Shown here: piece after piece, positions 28,640 to 39,374 of the stretch | Layout of the letters: every line of letters starts with the position of its first letter | Numbering within the stretch: position 1 is the stretch's first letter | The notes under the pieces: model-generated | The model's input: only the letters and a program-made list of their open reading frames with translations | Database searches by the model: none | Told to the model about the DNA's origin: nothing | Made by a program: the position numbers and the translations under genes | NCBI GenBank assembly: GCA_965243105.1 | Contig: CBDEUC010000001.1 | Coordinates: 346,093 to 410,092, forward strand | Origin: Gammaproteobacteria bacterium | Lineage (GTDB): Bacteria; Pseudomonadota; Gammaproteobacteria; Eutrophobiales; Eutrophobiaceae | Reading direction: 5' to 3' | DNA: 64,000 nucleotides

Positions 28640-30801
28640 CGAATCAACACCGGATGAGAGAAAAAAACAAGAAGAAACAAGCATACACAGTGGTAATACC
28701 CGCGCGGGAAGACATCATGAGTTTTCTGCAGGAGTCGGGTGGTCCCTGCGACCTGGCAACTATCGCCCGAGGCCTGAAAGTCAAAAACCAGGCGCAAAGG
28801 GAAGCACTCAGCAAGAGACTTTCCGCCATGGTCAGGGATGGTCAGCTTATACGAAACCGTCGTGAAGGCTACGGTCTGCTGGACAAGATGGATCTCGTGG
28901 CCGGGAAAGTGATTGGTCACCCGGATGGATATGGATTTGTTGTCCCCGACGCGGAAAAGGGCAACGATCTCTACCTCAGTGCGAAAGAAATGCGTACTGC
29001 CATGCACGGCGACAGGGTCGCGGTGCGGGTCTCGAATATCGACAGGAAAGGCCGCCGGGAAGGGAAGCTCGTCGAAATACTTGAAAGGGCCAATACCCAG
29101 GTCGTTGGTCGCTACTACCAGGAGGGCCCGGTCAGCTTTGTCGTACCGGATAATCGACGTATTAGCCAGGATATCATTATCACCGGACGTAAACGGCCGT
29201 CTATAAAAAAGGGCGACGTGGTGATTGCAGAAATCACCAAGCAACCGGACAAGCATACCCAGCCCCTCGGAAAAATTATCGAGGTGCTTGGCCGGCCGGA
29301 CCAGGCCGGTATGGCTGCTGAAATAGCCATTCGCTCCTTTGACTTGCCACACCTGTGGCCGGATGAAGTGGAATCCGAGATTGCCGGGCTTGATGAAGAC
29401 CAGGCACCGGGTCCCGGTGGCAGGCTTGATCTCAGGGAATTACCCTTTGTCACTATCGATGGCGAAGATGCGCGCGATTTTGACGATGCTGTTTACTGTG
29501 AAAAGCAGGGTTCGGGCTGGCGCCTGATGGTGGCCATCGCGGATGTATCGCACTACGTCAGGCCGGGAACTGCACTGGACCGGGAAGCGGAAAAACGCGG
29601 TACGTCGGTTTACTTCCCCGCGCGTGTCGTCCCGATGCTTCCTGAAATTCTTTCCAATGGCCTGTGTTCCCTCAATCCAAAGGTCGACCGGCTTGTCATG
29701 GTTTGCGAAATGCACATTGGCAAGAAAGGCAAAATCCAGCGTTACAGGTTTCACGAAGGCATAATTTGCTCGGCGGCCAGGCTGACCTACACCGAGATGG
29801 CCAACCTCGTCGTTGATAAAAAGGCGGCTGCAAGGAAAAAACGCAAGGGCCTGGTGAGTGGGCTGGATCGACTGTACCAGCTATACAAGACTATGCATCA
29901 ACAACGGCAGCGTAACGGGTTACTGGAGTTTGATTCAACCGAGCCAAAGATGATTTTCGACAAGCAGGGTCGAATCAGCAAGATCGAAGCCACCGTGAGA
30001 AATGATGCGCATCGTCTTATCGAGGAATTTATGCTCGCCGCAAACGTTTGTGCGGCAGAGTTCCTGCTGGAGAAACAGCTACCGGCCCTGTATCGCAACC
30101 ATGAAACCCCGGCCGAGGAAAAACTGGGCGACCTGCGCGATTTCCTCAAGGAGCTCGGTCTGAATCTTGGCGGAAAGGACAAGCCAAGGGCAAGTCATTA
30201 TTCGAAATTGCTGGAGCAGGTTAATAATCGCAACGACTCACACTTGATAAAAACCGTGCTGCTACGCAGCCTGCCACTGGCGGTATATGAAAGCCGCAAT
30301 GCCGGGCATTTTGGCCTGGCGTTTGAAGCCTACAGCCATTTTACGTCTCCCATTCGCCGTTATCCTGACCTGCTAGTACACCGGGCCATACGTCACCTGG
30401 TGCGAGGTGGAAAAAGAAAGTCATATGCCTACGGTGCGAAGAAAATGCAGGCGCTGGGAGAACACTGCAGCATGACCGAGCGACGGGCCGAGGAAGCCTC
30501 GAGAGACGTTGAACAGCGCCTGAAATGCGAGTTTATGCATGATCGAGTGGGCGAGGTCTTTGAGGGCACGATCACCTCGGTAACTTCCTTTGGCCTGTTT
30601 GTTGAACTTGACCAGGTTTATGTTGAAGGCCTGGTACACGTGACTGCCTTGCCCGGTGACTATTACCACCATGATGAAATCGGTCATCGCCTGCAGGGTG
30701 AAGCGAGTGGCCGAAGCTACCGGCTGGGCGAACGGCTCAAGGTCAGCATTTTGCGTGTCAGTGTTGATGAAAAGAAAGTGGACTTCGAGCTGGCGAGTTA
30801 G
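28633..30801 (+). CDS. rnr: Ribonuclease R
   Basis: GHPDGYGF, TIDGEDARDFDDA, HFTSPIRRYPDL, C-terminal S1; start may be 28654. Confidence 0.98.
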   Translation: MSTNQHRMREKNKKKQAYTVVIPAREDIMSFLQESGGPCDLATIARGLKVKNQAQREALSKRLSAMVRDGQLIRNRREGYGLLDKMDLVAGKVIGHPDGYGFVVPDAEKGNDLYLSAKEMRTAMHGDRVAVRVSNIDRKGRREGKLVEILERANTQVVGRYYQEGPVSFVVPDNRRISQDIIITGRKRPSIKKGDVVIAEITKQPDKHTQPLGKIIEVLGRPDQAGMAAEIAIRSFDLPHLWPDEVESEIAGLDEDQAPGPGGRLDLRELPFVTIDGEDARDFDDAVYCEKQGSGWRLMVAIADVSHYVRPGTALDREAEKRGTSVYFPARVVPMLPEILSNGLCSLNPKVDRLVMVCEMHIGKKGKIQRYRFHEGIICSAARLTYTEMANLVVDKKAAARKKRKGLVSGLDRLYQLYKTMHQQRQRNGLLEFDSTEPKMIFDKQGRISKIEATVRNDAHRLIEEFMLAANVCAAEFLLEKQLPALYRNHETPAEEKLGDLRDFLKELGLNLGGKDKPRASHYSKLLEQVNNRNDSHLIKTVLLRSLPLAVYESRNAGHFGLAFEAYSHFTSPIRRYPDLLVHRAIRHLVRGGKRKSYAYGAKKMQALGEHCSMTERRAEEASRDVEQRLKCEFMHDRVGEVFEGTITSVTSFGLFVELDQVYVEGLVHVTALPGDYYHHDEIGHRLQGEASGRSYRLGERLKVSILRVSVDEKKVDFELAS

Positions 30802-30806
30802 TATCC

Positions 30807-31559
30807 ATGGCGACGGATAACACCAGGGTAATCTACGGGCTGCACACGGTTCGGCACACCCTGCAGAAAAATCCCGGGGAACTGGTCGAGGTCCGCGTGC
30901 AGGCGGGTAAAAAGCGTTCAGCCGAACTTGAGATATTGCTTGGACGGCTGGGAAAAAGTGGCGTGCCAATCCTCGAGTGTTCCCGTGAAGAACTGGACGA
31001 GCTGACTGGTTCCACGCGGCACCAGGGCATAGTTGGAAATATCAGGCGCACTGCACAGGATAAGCAGGAAGATCTTTCCGGGCTCCTGGCAAACGCCGAC
31101 AAAGCCCTGCTTCTGCTGGTGCTGGACGGTATCCAGGACCCGCATAATCTCGGTGCCTGCCTGCGTGCGGCAAACGCGGCCGGTGTGGACGGGGTCATCA
31201 TGGCTCGGGATAACGCCGCCCCGATCAATGCCACGGTGAGCAAGGTAGCCAGCGGAGCTGCTGAGAATACAACGATTTACAGGGTGACCAATATTGCGCG
31301 AACCCTGAGGGAGATGCAGTCTGCCGGTGTCTGGACCGTGGGTACTGACAGCGAGGGGGAAAAGGAGCTTTTCGACCTTGATCTAAGCGTCTCAACGGCC
31401 ATCGTGATGGGGGCAGAGGGCAAGGGGCTACGGCAAAATACTCGCAAGCATTGTGATCACCTGGTGCGACTGCCGATGCACGGGGTGGTTGAGAGCCTGA
31501 ATGTGTCCGTGGCCACCGGGATCTGTCTTTACGAGGTGCTACGCCAGCGAAGACCCTGA
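30807..31559 (+). CDS. rlmB: 23S rRNA (Gm2251) methyltransferase
   Basis: LDGIQDPHNLGACLR, MGAEGKGLR, ESLNVSVA. Confidence 0.97.
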   Translation: MATDNTRVIYGLHTVRHTLQKNPGELVEVRVQAGKKRSAELEILLGRLGKSGVPILECSREELDELTGSTRHQGIVGNIRRTAQDKQEDLSGLLANADKALLLLVLDGIQDPHNLGACLRAANAAGVDGVIMARDNAAPINATVSKVASGAAENTTIYRVTNIARTLREMQSAGVWTVGTDSEGEKELFDLDLSVSTAIVMGAEGKGLRQNTRKHCDHLVRLPMHGVVESLNVSVATGICLYEVLRQRRP

Positions 31560-31586
31560 AAAACCGACATTTTTTAGCAAATATCT

Positions 31587-31615
31587 TTGCAAGAACGGTC
31601 CGAATCCACTAGAAT
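31587..31615 (+). promoter_or_regulatory. sigma70 promoter of rpsF operon
   Basis: TTGCAA-17 nt-TAGAAT followed by GC-rich CCTGCGCCC. Confidence 0.7.
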
Positions 31616-31654
31616 CCTGCGCCCTTACAGCCTGTTTAGCCTGTAATCTTATTA

Positions 31655-31705
31655 ATCCTTGCCTCACCGCTCGCAAACGGGAGGCTTTATCCATGAGGAC
31701 ATACA
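31655..31705 (+). promoter_or_regulatory. rpsF leader (S6:S18 autoregulatory RNA element)
   Basis: TCCTT-GCCTC...GAGGC hairpin just upstream of RBS, same layout as known gammaproteobacterial rpsF leaders. Confidence 0.65.
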
Positions 31706-32197
31706 ATGCGACATTATGAAATTGTGTTCCTGGTCCATCCTGACCAGAGCGAACAGGTCTCCGCCATGATTGAACGCTACCGCGCGATCATCGACACCGG
31801 CGGCGGCGCCATCCACCGACTCGAAGACTGGGGCAGACGCCAGCTGGCTTATCCCATCAACAAGGTTCACAAGGCACACTATGTCCTGATGAACATTGAA
31901 TGTGATGCCGAAGTGCTTGAGCAAATTAACAGTGCCTTCCGTTTTAACGACGCCGTCATACGCAATCTCGTGATCAAGAGAGACAGTGCCGTTACCGAGC
32001 CATCTCCACTGGTGAAAAGTGCAGAGGAAGAGCAGGAAAAAGCCACCTTTGATGCCGACAGTGAAAACTTCTCCGACGAGCATGATGCCGAATCCAACGA
32101 AGATGACAGCATTGATGCCGATGAAGGCAGCGAGGAAGAAACTGCGGAAGTTGCTGCTGCTGAAACTGAAGAAAAGACAGACGGCGAACCGGCCTGA
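31706..32197 (+). CDS. rpsF: 30S ribosomal protein S6 with long acidic tail
   Basis: [30 protein letters not shown]. Confidence 0.99.
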   Translation: MRHYEIVFLVHPDQSEQVSAMIERYRAIIDTGGGAIHRLEDWGRRQLAYPINKVHKAHYVLMNIECDAEVLEQINSAFRFNDAVIRNLVIKRDSAVTEPSPLVKSAEEEQEKATFDADSENFSDEHDAESNEDDSIDADEGSEEETAEVAAAETEEKTDGEPA

Positions 32198-32235
32198 TCT
32201 GACACACATACAAGAGAATTCCCTGGAGAAATATT

Positions 32236-32460
32236 ATGTCCCGTTATTTTCGTCGTAAGCGCTATTGCCGTTTTACAGCAGAAGGAGTCGATGAGATCGA
32301 TTACAAGGACCTGTCAACGCTCAAGGCCTATATCACTGAAACCGGCAAGATCGTCCCGAGCCGTATTTCAGGTACAAAAGCCCGTTACCAGCGTCAATTG
32401 TCCACTGCTATCAAGCGTGCCCGATACCTGGCATTAATTCCCTATAGCGACGCACACTAG
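32236..32460 (+). CDS. rpsR: 30S ribosomal protein S18
   Basis: [29 protein letters not shown]. Confidence 0.99.
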   Translation: MSRYFRRKRYCRFTAEGVDEIDYKDLSTLKAYITETGKIVPSRISGTKARYQRQLSTAIKRARYLALIPYSDAH

Positions 32461-32518
32461 GTGCTGAAGCGGCCCATCAAGTTACAAGGGCCGGACAATA
32501 CGGGATAGTTATAGCGGT

Positions 32519-33427
32519 ATGCGTGCACTGGGCACATATACACTAAGGGGACACTGGCAGGCTGTCACCGTCGTCAGTGTTCTGTCCCTGCTGTCATTAA
32601 TGATGCCACTTGTTGGCTATTTTGGTTGTGGCGTACCCCTTGCGCTGATTGCCTTGCGCAAGGGCGGAAAGTTTGCCCTGCAGGTGATTGCCGGAAGCGT
32701 AGTGCTTTTTATCCTGCTGAGCCTGGTACTGGGTGTGCCCCTGTATTTTGTCCAGGGGGTACTGCTCATTGTATGGTTGCCGGTTTTTGCCTGTGCCCTG
32801 GTGCACAGGCTGACAGAAAGACCTGCCATGATGGCATTGGCAGCCGCAGCGCTGGCGCTGTTATACATTGTCATGATGTATATCGTCGTCGGTGACGTAC
32901 AGGGCTGGTGGCTGGAGGCCTTGCGAAGCATTGACATGAGTGAGTTGCCGGCGGAACTGCAGGCGCAGTTTGAGCAATTTATCAAGCTGGCGCCGCCGGT
33001 CATCAATGCGGCGATTGCATCAAGCATCGTGGTGAGCCTTGTCATCACCTTGCTACTGGCCCGCTGGTGGCAGTCGGCCCTGTTTAACCCGGGTGGGTTT
33101 CAGCGCGAGTTCCATGAATTCCGCATACCCAGGCAGCTGGTCTTACCAACCCTGGCCCTGATGGGACTGTCGCTGCTGCAGGCGCAGCCATTTACCCCGC
33201 TGGTAAGGGAGGTGTTGGTGGTGTTCGTGGTGCTATACCTTTTTCATGGTATCGCCGCGGTACATCGCACGGTATTGCGCAGAAGCCTGTCGGTTAACTG
33301 GTTGATTGCAATGTATTGTTTGCTTTTTGTGCTACCCCAGCTGATGGTGCTGATGGTGGCCTGGATGGGCCTGACGGATTCCCTTATCGGGCGTGGCCTT
33401 GAAAACAGGCAGGATCCTGAGGAATGA
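32519..33427 (+). CDS. DUF2232 (YybS-like) membrane protein
   Basis: Multi-TM; LLLARWWQS.LFNPGGF..EF; conserved rpsR-rplI position. Confidence 0.88.
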   Translation: MRALGTYTLRGHWQAVTVVSVLSLLSLMMPLVGYFGCGVPLALIALRKGGKFALQVIAGSVVLFILLSLVLGVPLYFVQGVLLIVWLPVFACALVHRLTERPAMMALAAAALALLYIVMMYIVVGDVQGWWLEALRSIDMSELPAELQAQFEQFIKLAPPVINAAIASSIVVSLVITLLLARWWQSALFNPGGFQREFHEFRIPRQLVLPTLALMGLSLLQAQPFTPLVREVLVVFVVLYLFHGIAAVHRTVLRRSLSVNWLIAMYCLLFVLPQLMVLMVAWMGLTDSLIGRGLENRQDPEE

Positions 33428-33494
33428 GGGCAGGGCAGCGACGACCCCTGGCTCTCGTGATATGATTGATAACTGAAAAATATGAGGTCTTAAG

Positions 33495-33947
33495 ATGGAA
33501 GTCATACTACTGGAAAAAATTCAGAAACTGGGTGACCTGGGTCAACAGGTCAGGGTAAAGCCTGGCTATGGACGTAATTACCTGATCCCAAATGGAAAAG
33601 CTGTCCCCGCTACAGCGGATAACGTGGCAAAGTTCGAAGCACGACGCGAGGAACTGGAAAAAGCCCAGGCAGATGCACTGGCAAGCGCCGAAGCGCGTGC
33701 AAAGGGCATGCAGGAACTGACCATCACTGTGAAGAAGAAAGCCGGCGCTGAAGGCAAGCTGTTTGGCTCCGTGGGAACCGCTGATATCTCCGAGGCCGTG
33801 ACGGCGTCGGGTGAAGAACTCAACAAGCATGAAGTAATCCTCGCCGAGGGGCCCCTGCGCATGGTAGGTGAGCACGAAGTGGCCATCCATCTTCATGCTG
33901 ATGTGAACTTCAACATCAAGGTTGTGGTTGAAGCTGAAGACGATTAA
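33495..33947 (+). CDS. rplI: 50S ribosomal protein L9
   Basis: MEVILLE, VKPGYGRNYLIP, GKLFGSV. Confidence 0.99.
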   Translation: MEVILLEKIQKLGDLGQQVRVKPGYGRNYLIPNGKAVPATADNVAKFEARREELEKAQADALASAEARAKGMQELTITVKKKAGAEGKLFGSVGTADISEAVTASGEELNKHEVILAEGPLRMVGEHEVAIHLHADVNFNIKVVVEAEDD

Positions 33948-34009
33948 AACATCATCCAGGTCTATTCGAGGTTTATAACGATAGCTGACTCTATGCACTA
34001 GATCGAAAA

Positions 34010-35431
34010 ATGCCCGACATTGCTCAAACTCCCGGCTCCGCAGACTCTGAAGTCAGTGCACTCAGGGTACCGCCACATTCAATTGAGGCAGAGCAGGCAG
34101 TGCTGGGCGGGCTTTTTCTCGACAAGGATGCCTGGATAAAAATTGTTGAACGTATCAAGGAAGAAGATTTTTATCGTCGTGACCATCGCATCATCTTCCA
34201 GGCCATTACCGAGCTTGAATCCCAGGGGCAACCCTTTGATATCGTCACCACGGCAGAGTGGCTGGAAAATCACCAGCTGCTGGATGATGCCGGGGGCCTG
34301 AGCTACCTCGCGGCACTTGCCGAAAACACACCCAGCGCCAGCAACATAAGCGCCTACGCGGACATCGTTCGCAAGCGTTCCATCCTGAGGCAGTTGATCA
34401 CTGCCACCACCGATATCGGTGAGACGGTTTTTAATCCCATGGGACGCAGCAGTGAAGAAATACTCGATCATGCCGAGCAGTCTATTTTTGAGATCGCGGA
34501 GCAGGAAAATCGCGGTCGAAAAAGCTACCGCCAGATAAAAGATCTCCTCGCCGTTGCCATCGACCGGGTTGATGAGCTGTTTCACAAGGACAACCCCATC
34601 ACCGGTATTGCAACCGGTTTTGATGACTTTGATGAGCGAACTGCGGGTCTGCAAAACTCTGACCTGATTATTGTTGCCGGTCGGCCATCCATGGGGAAGA
34701 CGGCCTTTGCTATCAATATCGCGGAAAACGCTGCCATCAAGGAGAAGAAAACGGTAGCGATCTTCAGCATGGAAATGCCCGGCGAACAGCTTGCCATGCG
34801 TATGATGGCCTCACTGGGTCGCATCGACCAGCAGAAGCTGCGTACCGGTAAACTGCACGATGACGACTGGCCAAGACTGACCTCCACCGTGGCCATGATG
34901 CAGGAGACAAAGTTATTTATCGACGACACGCCAGCCCTGACACCGGCGGAACTGCGTGCCCGCAGTCGACGCATCGCCAGGGAGCACGGTCTTGATTTGA
35001 TTGTGGTGGATTACCTGCAGCTGATGCAGGTAGCCGGCACAACTGAAAACCGCGCAACGGAAATATCGGAAATTTCGCGTTCGCTTAAAGCCATGGCAAA
35101 GGAGCTGAACGTGCCGGTGATTGCCCTGTCCCAGCTTAATCGAAGCCTGGAACAACGACCCAACAAGCGCCCGGTCATGTCAGACCTTCGCGAATCCGGC
35201 GCCATTGAACAGGACGCTGACGTCATTACCTTTATTTATCGTGACGAGGTATACGACGAGGACAGTGTTGATAAAGGTATCGCTGAAATCATTATCGGAA
35301 AGCAGAGAAATGGTCCCATCGGAACCGTGAGGCTGGCTTTCCTGGGCCAGTTCACCCGCTTTGAAAACTATATCGAAGAGCAGCATTACGGTGAACGCCT
35401 GCCGCCATCATTTATGCCGGGTGAGGAATGA
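34010..35431 (+). CDS. dnaB: Replicative DNA helicase
   Basis: PPHSIEAEQAVLGG, GRPSMGKT, DYLQLM, SDLRESGAIEQDAD; no intein. Confidence 0.99.
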   Translation: MPDIAQTPGSADSEVSALRVPPHSIEAEQAVLGGLFLDKDAWIKIVERIKEEDFYRRDHRIIFQAITELESQGQPFDIVTTAEWLENHQLLDDAGGLSYLAALAENTPSASNISAYADIVRKRSILRQLITATTDIGETVFNPMGRSSEEILDHAEQSIFEIAEQENRGRKSYRQIKDLLAVAIDRVDELFHKDNPITGIATGFDDFDERTAGLQNSDLIIVAGRPSMGKTAFAINIAENAAIKEKKTVAIFSMEMPGEQLAMRMMASLGRIDQQKLRTGKLHDDDWPRLTSTVAMMQETKLFIDDTPALTPAELRARSRRIAREHGLDLIVVDYLQLMQVAGTTENRATEISEISRSLKAMAKELNVPVIALSQLNRSLEQRPNKRPVMSDLRESGAIEQDADVITFIYRDEVYDEDSVDKGIAEIIIGKQRNGPIGTVRLAFLGQFTRFENYIEEQHYGERLPPSFMPGEE

Positions 35432-36513
35432 CTCGGCCAGCCAGGGTCATTATCGATCTCGCCGCACTCCGCCATAACTACTCCCGGGTTCAACAATTAG
35501 CCTCCGGTAGCCGTGTCGTTGCCGTCGTCAAGGCTGACGCCTATGGTCACGGTATAGTCAGGGTGGCCAGGGCACTTGAGCAGGCTGATGCTTTTGGTGT
35601 GGCCTGCCTGGAAGAGGCTGCCCAGCTGAGAAACGCGGGTATTAGCCAGCGAATTCTCCTGCTTGAAGGGCCCTATTCGACAGATGAGCTGGCAGCGGTA
35701 GCCGAGCTGGATCTTGACATCGTGGTCCACCACGAAAGCCAGCTGCAAATGTTGCGCCAGGCAAACGTACAGGGTGAGCTGACCGCCTGGTTAAAAGTCG
35801 ATAGTGGCATGCATCGACTGGGTTTTGACCCTGCCGAGGTGCCGGCAGTACTTGATGCCCTGCAGTCTGCCTCCGGGATAAACAAGATCATCATGATGAC
35901 GCACCTCGCCACGGCCAACGAACCTGGTAACGAGATGAACCGGCAGCAGTTAGAAATATTCAAAAATGCTATCGACGGTTTCAAGGGTGAGTGTTCCATT
36001 GCAAACTCTGCCGCCACTATCAGTTTCGCCGAGAGTCACGGCGACTGGGTTCGGCCCGGCCTGATGCTCTACGGGGTATCACCACTGGAAGACGCCCAGG
36101 CCGGGGATCACGATCTCAGGCCGGTAATGACGCTTCGTTCACAGCTTATTTCGGTAAAGAACATCAGCAAGGGAGAAAGTGTCGGCTACGGTGCCAGCTG
36201 GCGCTGTCCATCTGATACCACTATCGGCATCGTTGCCGCCGGCTATGGTGATGGTTTTCCCCGCCATGCACGCTCCGGGACACCAACGCTGGTCAATGGC
36301 CAGCGTGCGACCATCATTGGTAACGCCTCGATGGATATGCTGACGGTTGACCTGTCAGCACAGCCCGGTGCACAGGTGGGTGATGAAGTCGAGTTGTGGG
36401 GCAGTGCATTACCCATCGAGGAAGTTGCCATGTATGCCGATACGGTTCCCTATGAATTACTTTGCGGCGTACACAAGCGCCTGACCTTTGAGGAAATCAA
36501 TGGCCAGGGCTAA
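35428..36513 (+). CDS. alr: Alanine racemase
   Basis: AVVKADAYGHG, KVDSGMHRLG, VRPGLMLYG, GYGDG. Confidence 0.97.
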   Translation: MTRPARVIIDLAALRHNYSRVQQLASGSRVVAVVKADAYGHGIVRVARALEQADAFGVACLEEAAQLRNAGISQRILLLEGPYSTDELAAVAELDLDIVVHHESQLQMLRQANVQGELTAWLKVDSGMHRLGFDPAEVPAVLDALQSASGINKIIMMTHLATANEPGNEMNRQQLEIFKNAIDGFKGECSIANSAATISFAESHGDWVRPGLMLYGVSPLEDAQAGDHDLRPVMTLRSQLISVKNISKGESVGYGASWRCPSDTTIGIVAAGYGDGFPRHARSGTPTLVNGQRATIIGNASMDMLTVDLSAQPGAQVGDEVELWGSALPIEEVAMYADTVPYELLCGVHKRLTFEEINGQG

Positions 36514-37870
36514 GGTGCAATACATATGCAGCGAGTGCGGCACCGTCAGTATCAAGTGGTCGGGCCAGTGCCCTGACTGCCAGAGCTGGAATACCCTAAA
36601 CGAGGAAACCGTCGGTGCCACCGGTGCCGATGCAGCGCGCGTCCGCTCACACCTCGCCGCGCCGGCCGAGGTACGTAGCCTTGATAACCTGGAGTTTTCC
36701 GAGGAACCCCGCCAGGGCACGGGCATGGGAGAGCTTGATCGCGTGATTGGTGGCGGCCTTGTTCCCGGTTCAGTGATCCTTATCGGCGGCGATCCGGGGA
36801 TAGGCAAATCCACGGTCCTGATCCAGGCGCTGTCTTCCATAGCAGCGCAGGGCAAGATGAAGACCCTGTATGTCAGTGGCGAGGAATCCGTGCAACAAAT
36901 CGGCCTGCGCGCGCAGCGGCTCGGCCTGCCGCTCGAGCAACTGCGCATCTACACGGAAAACCATCTCGAAAGTATTCTTGAAACGGCCAGCCGTGAAGAA
37001 CCCTCGGTAATTGTGATTGACTCCATTCAAACCATGTACACCGAGGTCTCCAGCGCAGCCCCCGGGGCTGTCAGCCAGGTGCGTGAAACGGCCGCGCAAC
37101 TGGTGCGTTATGCCAAGCAGAAAAATACCACGGTGTTGCTGGTCGGGCACGTTACCAAGGAGGGTTCACTGGCCGGGCCCCGCGTGCTGGAACACATGGT
37201 TGATACCGTACTGTATTTTGAAGGGGACAGCGGCAGTCGTTTTCGCCTGATACGCGCGGTAAAAAACCGCTTTGGTGCGGTTAATGAAATCGGGGTTTTT
37301 GCCATGACCGACCGCGGACTGAGGGAAGTCAGCAATCCCTCGGCAATCTTCCTGTCAAGGCACGAAGAAGAAGTCCCGGGCAGCGTCATTACGGTGACCC
37401 GTGAAGGTACACGTCCCATGCTTGTTGAAGTACAGGCACTGGTGGATGAATCCCACCTTAACCAGCCCAGGCGAGTCAGCATTGGCCTGGAGCAAAACCG
37501 GCTGGTCATGCTACTGGCGATACTCAATCGTCACGCCGGTATAGCCAGCCACGACCAGGATATCTTTATCAACGTGGTAGGTGGCGTACGTATCAGCGAG
37601 ACGGCTGCAGACCTGCCCATCATCCTTGCAGTGCTGTCGAGCCTGAAAAGCCAGCCACTGCCCTCGGATCTCGTGGTATTTGGTGAACTCGGCCTCGCCG
37701 GTGAAATACGACCCGTGCAAAATGGTCCGGAGCGACTCAATGAAGCCGCTCGACAGGGATTCAAACGCGCTATTGTTCCGCTGGCGAACAAGCCACGCGA
37801 GGCCATAGACAATTTTGAAGTAACGACGGTGAGTCGTTTAAGCGATGTACTCGAGGCAGGAATTTTCTAG
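36500..37870 (+). CDS. radA: DNA repair protein RadA/Sms
   Basis: C..CG...W.GQCP.C..W, GDPGIGKST, KNRFG, Lon-like C-terminus. Confidence 0.98.
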   Translation: MARAKVQYICSECGTVSIKWSGQCPDCQSWNTLNEETVGATGADAARVRSHLAAPAEVRSLDNLEFSEEPRQGTGMGELDRVIGGGLVPGSVILIGGDPGIGKSTVLIQALSSIAAQGKMKTLYVSGEESVQQIGLRAQRLGLPLEQLRIYTENHLESILETASREEPSVIVIDSIQTMYTEVSSAAPGAVSQVRETAAQLVRYAKQKNTTVLLVGHVTKEGSLAGPRVLEHMVDTVLYFEGDSGSRFRLIRAVKNRFGAVNEIGVFAMTDRGLREVSNPSAIFLSRHEEEVPGSVITVTREGTRPMLVEVQALVDESHLNQPRRVSIGLEQNRLVMLLAILNRHAGIASHDQDIFINVVGGVRISETAADLPIILAVLSSLKSQPLPSDLVVFGELGLAGEIRPVQNGPERLNEAARQGFKRAIVPLANKPREAIDNFEVTTVSRLSDVLEAGIF

Positions 37871-37896
37871 GCCATATTCGTCCCTGTTTTCCGCGC

Positions 37897-39192
37897 CTAA
37901 TCCGCCGGGTTTTCCTCCTTCTCTTCGTCCTCGAATTTCTCAAGCCTGACTTTTTTCACGGCGTTGTCCACCGCCTGAGTAATGGTCATAGTCACGCCAC
38001 CCAGCCTGAGACTGGTACCGGGCTCCGGTATGCTTTCAAGATGCTCAAGGATAAGTCCATTGAGGGTCTTGGGCCCGTCAACCGGCAGGGTCCAGCCAAG
38101 CTGCTTGTTGATCTCGCGAAGTGGTGCGGTCCCGTCAACGATAAAGCTGCCGTCCTCCTGTGGGTGTATGTCCTGGTTATAGGTCTGCAGGTCAGTGGTG
38201 AATTCACCTACTATCTCTTCCAGGATATCTTCCAGGGTCACCAGCCCCTGTATGTTGCCGTATTCATCAACCACGAAACCGATGCGTCTTTTTTCTCTTT
38301 GAAAGTTCATCATCTGGGTATGCAGGGCGGTGCCAAGAGGCGCGAAGTAGGGTTCCACCACGTTGTCCTCGAGGATCTCGCGTAGCGCTTCTTCCTTTCT
38401 TGAACCCTTTAACAGCCTGGGTATTTCCCGAACATGCAATACACCGACGATGTTGTCGATGTTGTCGCGATAAAGCGGAAGCCGGGTGTGGTTAACGCGT
38501 GTCAGGGTATCAAAAATTTCCGCGGTAGAATCATTCAGGTCAACACCGTCGATTTCACCTCTTGGTACCATGATTTCATCGATGGTGATGTTTTCAAGGT
38601 CAAGAATACTCAGCAGCATTTTCTGGTGCCGGCGCGGGATCATGCTGCCGGCCTCCAGCACCACGGTGCGCAGCTCTTCACGGCTCAGGGCGGTATCGGA
38701 TGACTCACCGACATTAACCTTGAGAACAGCCAGCAGGGTATTGGAGATACGATTAATGACCCAGACAAAGGGATACAGGATCTTGCCAAGTGGCGTGAGA
38801 ATGTAGGCTGCCGGGAACGCTATTTTCTCCGGGTAAAGTGCCGCAAGGGTTTTTGGCGCGACCTCGGCAAAAATCAGGATGACCGCGGTGAGAATAAAGG
38901 GTGCAACCGCGATACCGATCTCACCCATGAGTCGAATCGCCACTACCGTTGCCAGCGAAGCAGCAAAGATGTTCACCAGGTTGTTGCCAAGCAGGATAAG
39001 ACCGATGAGACGATCGGGTCGTTTCAACAATGCCTCTACCAGCATGGCACTTCGGTTCCTGTCTTCAGAAAGATGCCGCAGTCGATAACGGTTGAGTGCC
39101 ATCATGCCTGTTTCGGAACTGGAAAAGAACGCCGACAGGACGATCAACAGGAACAGGATCATGAAAAGAATTGATATGGGAATATCGTTCAT
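37897..39192 (-). CDS. HlyC/CorC (CNNM + CBS) family transporter, YfjD-like
   Basis: FFSSSETGMM.LNRYRL, GNNLVNI, CBS pair, VVDEYG.IQGLVTLEDILEEIVGE. Confidence 0.93.
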   Translation of the reverse strand: MNDIPISILFMILFLLIVLSAFFSSSETGMMALNRYRLRHLSEDRNRSAMLVEALLKRPDRLIGLILLGNNLVNIFAASLATVVAIRLMGEIGIAVAPFILTAVILIFAEVAPKTLAALYPEKIAFPAAYILTPLGKILYPFVWVINRISNTLLAVLKVNVGESSDTALSREELRTVVLEAGSMIPRRHQKMLLSILDLENITIDEIMVPRGEIDGVDLNDSTAEIFDTLTRVNHTRLPLYRDNIDNIVGVLHVREIPRLLKGSRKEEALREILEDNVVEPYFAPLGTALHTQMMNFQREKRRIGFVVDEYGNIQGLVTLEDILEEIVGEFTTDLQTYNQDIHPQEDGSFIVDGTAPLREINKQLGWTLPVDGPKTLNGLILEHLESIPEPGTSLRLGGVTMTITQAVDNAVKKVRLEKFEDEEKEENPAD

Positions 39193-39254
39193 ATGCTTCC
39201 TCGTGATGAATTAGCAGATAGACAGGATTTCGAAATGCGTTCCAGGTATTACCT

Positions 39255-39360
39255 GGACCTGCATGCACAGAACGCAGACTCGCCACGAGTACTTCCATGT
39301 AGGCTCAACGAAGGCCATCCCTGGCCTTCGAAGGTCTGCTTTTCTATGCACTGCAGGTCC
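39255..39360. repeat. Palindromic intergenic element, family A
   Basis: IR GGACCTGCA/TGCAGGTCC; AGAACGCAGAC...TACTTCCATGTAGGCTC...GGCCATCCCTGGCC...GTCTGCTTTTCTAT aligns with 1356-1437. Confidence 0.8.
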
Positions 39361-39374
39361 ACAATAGATTGGTC

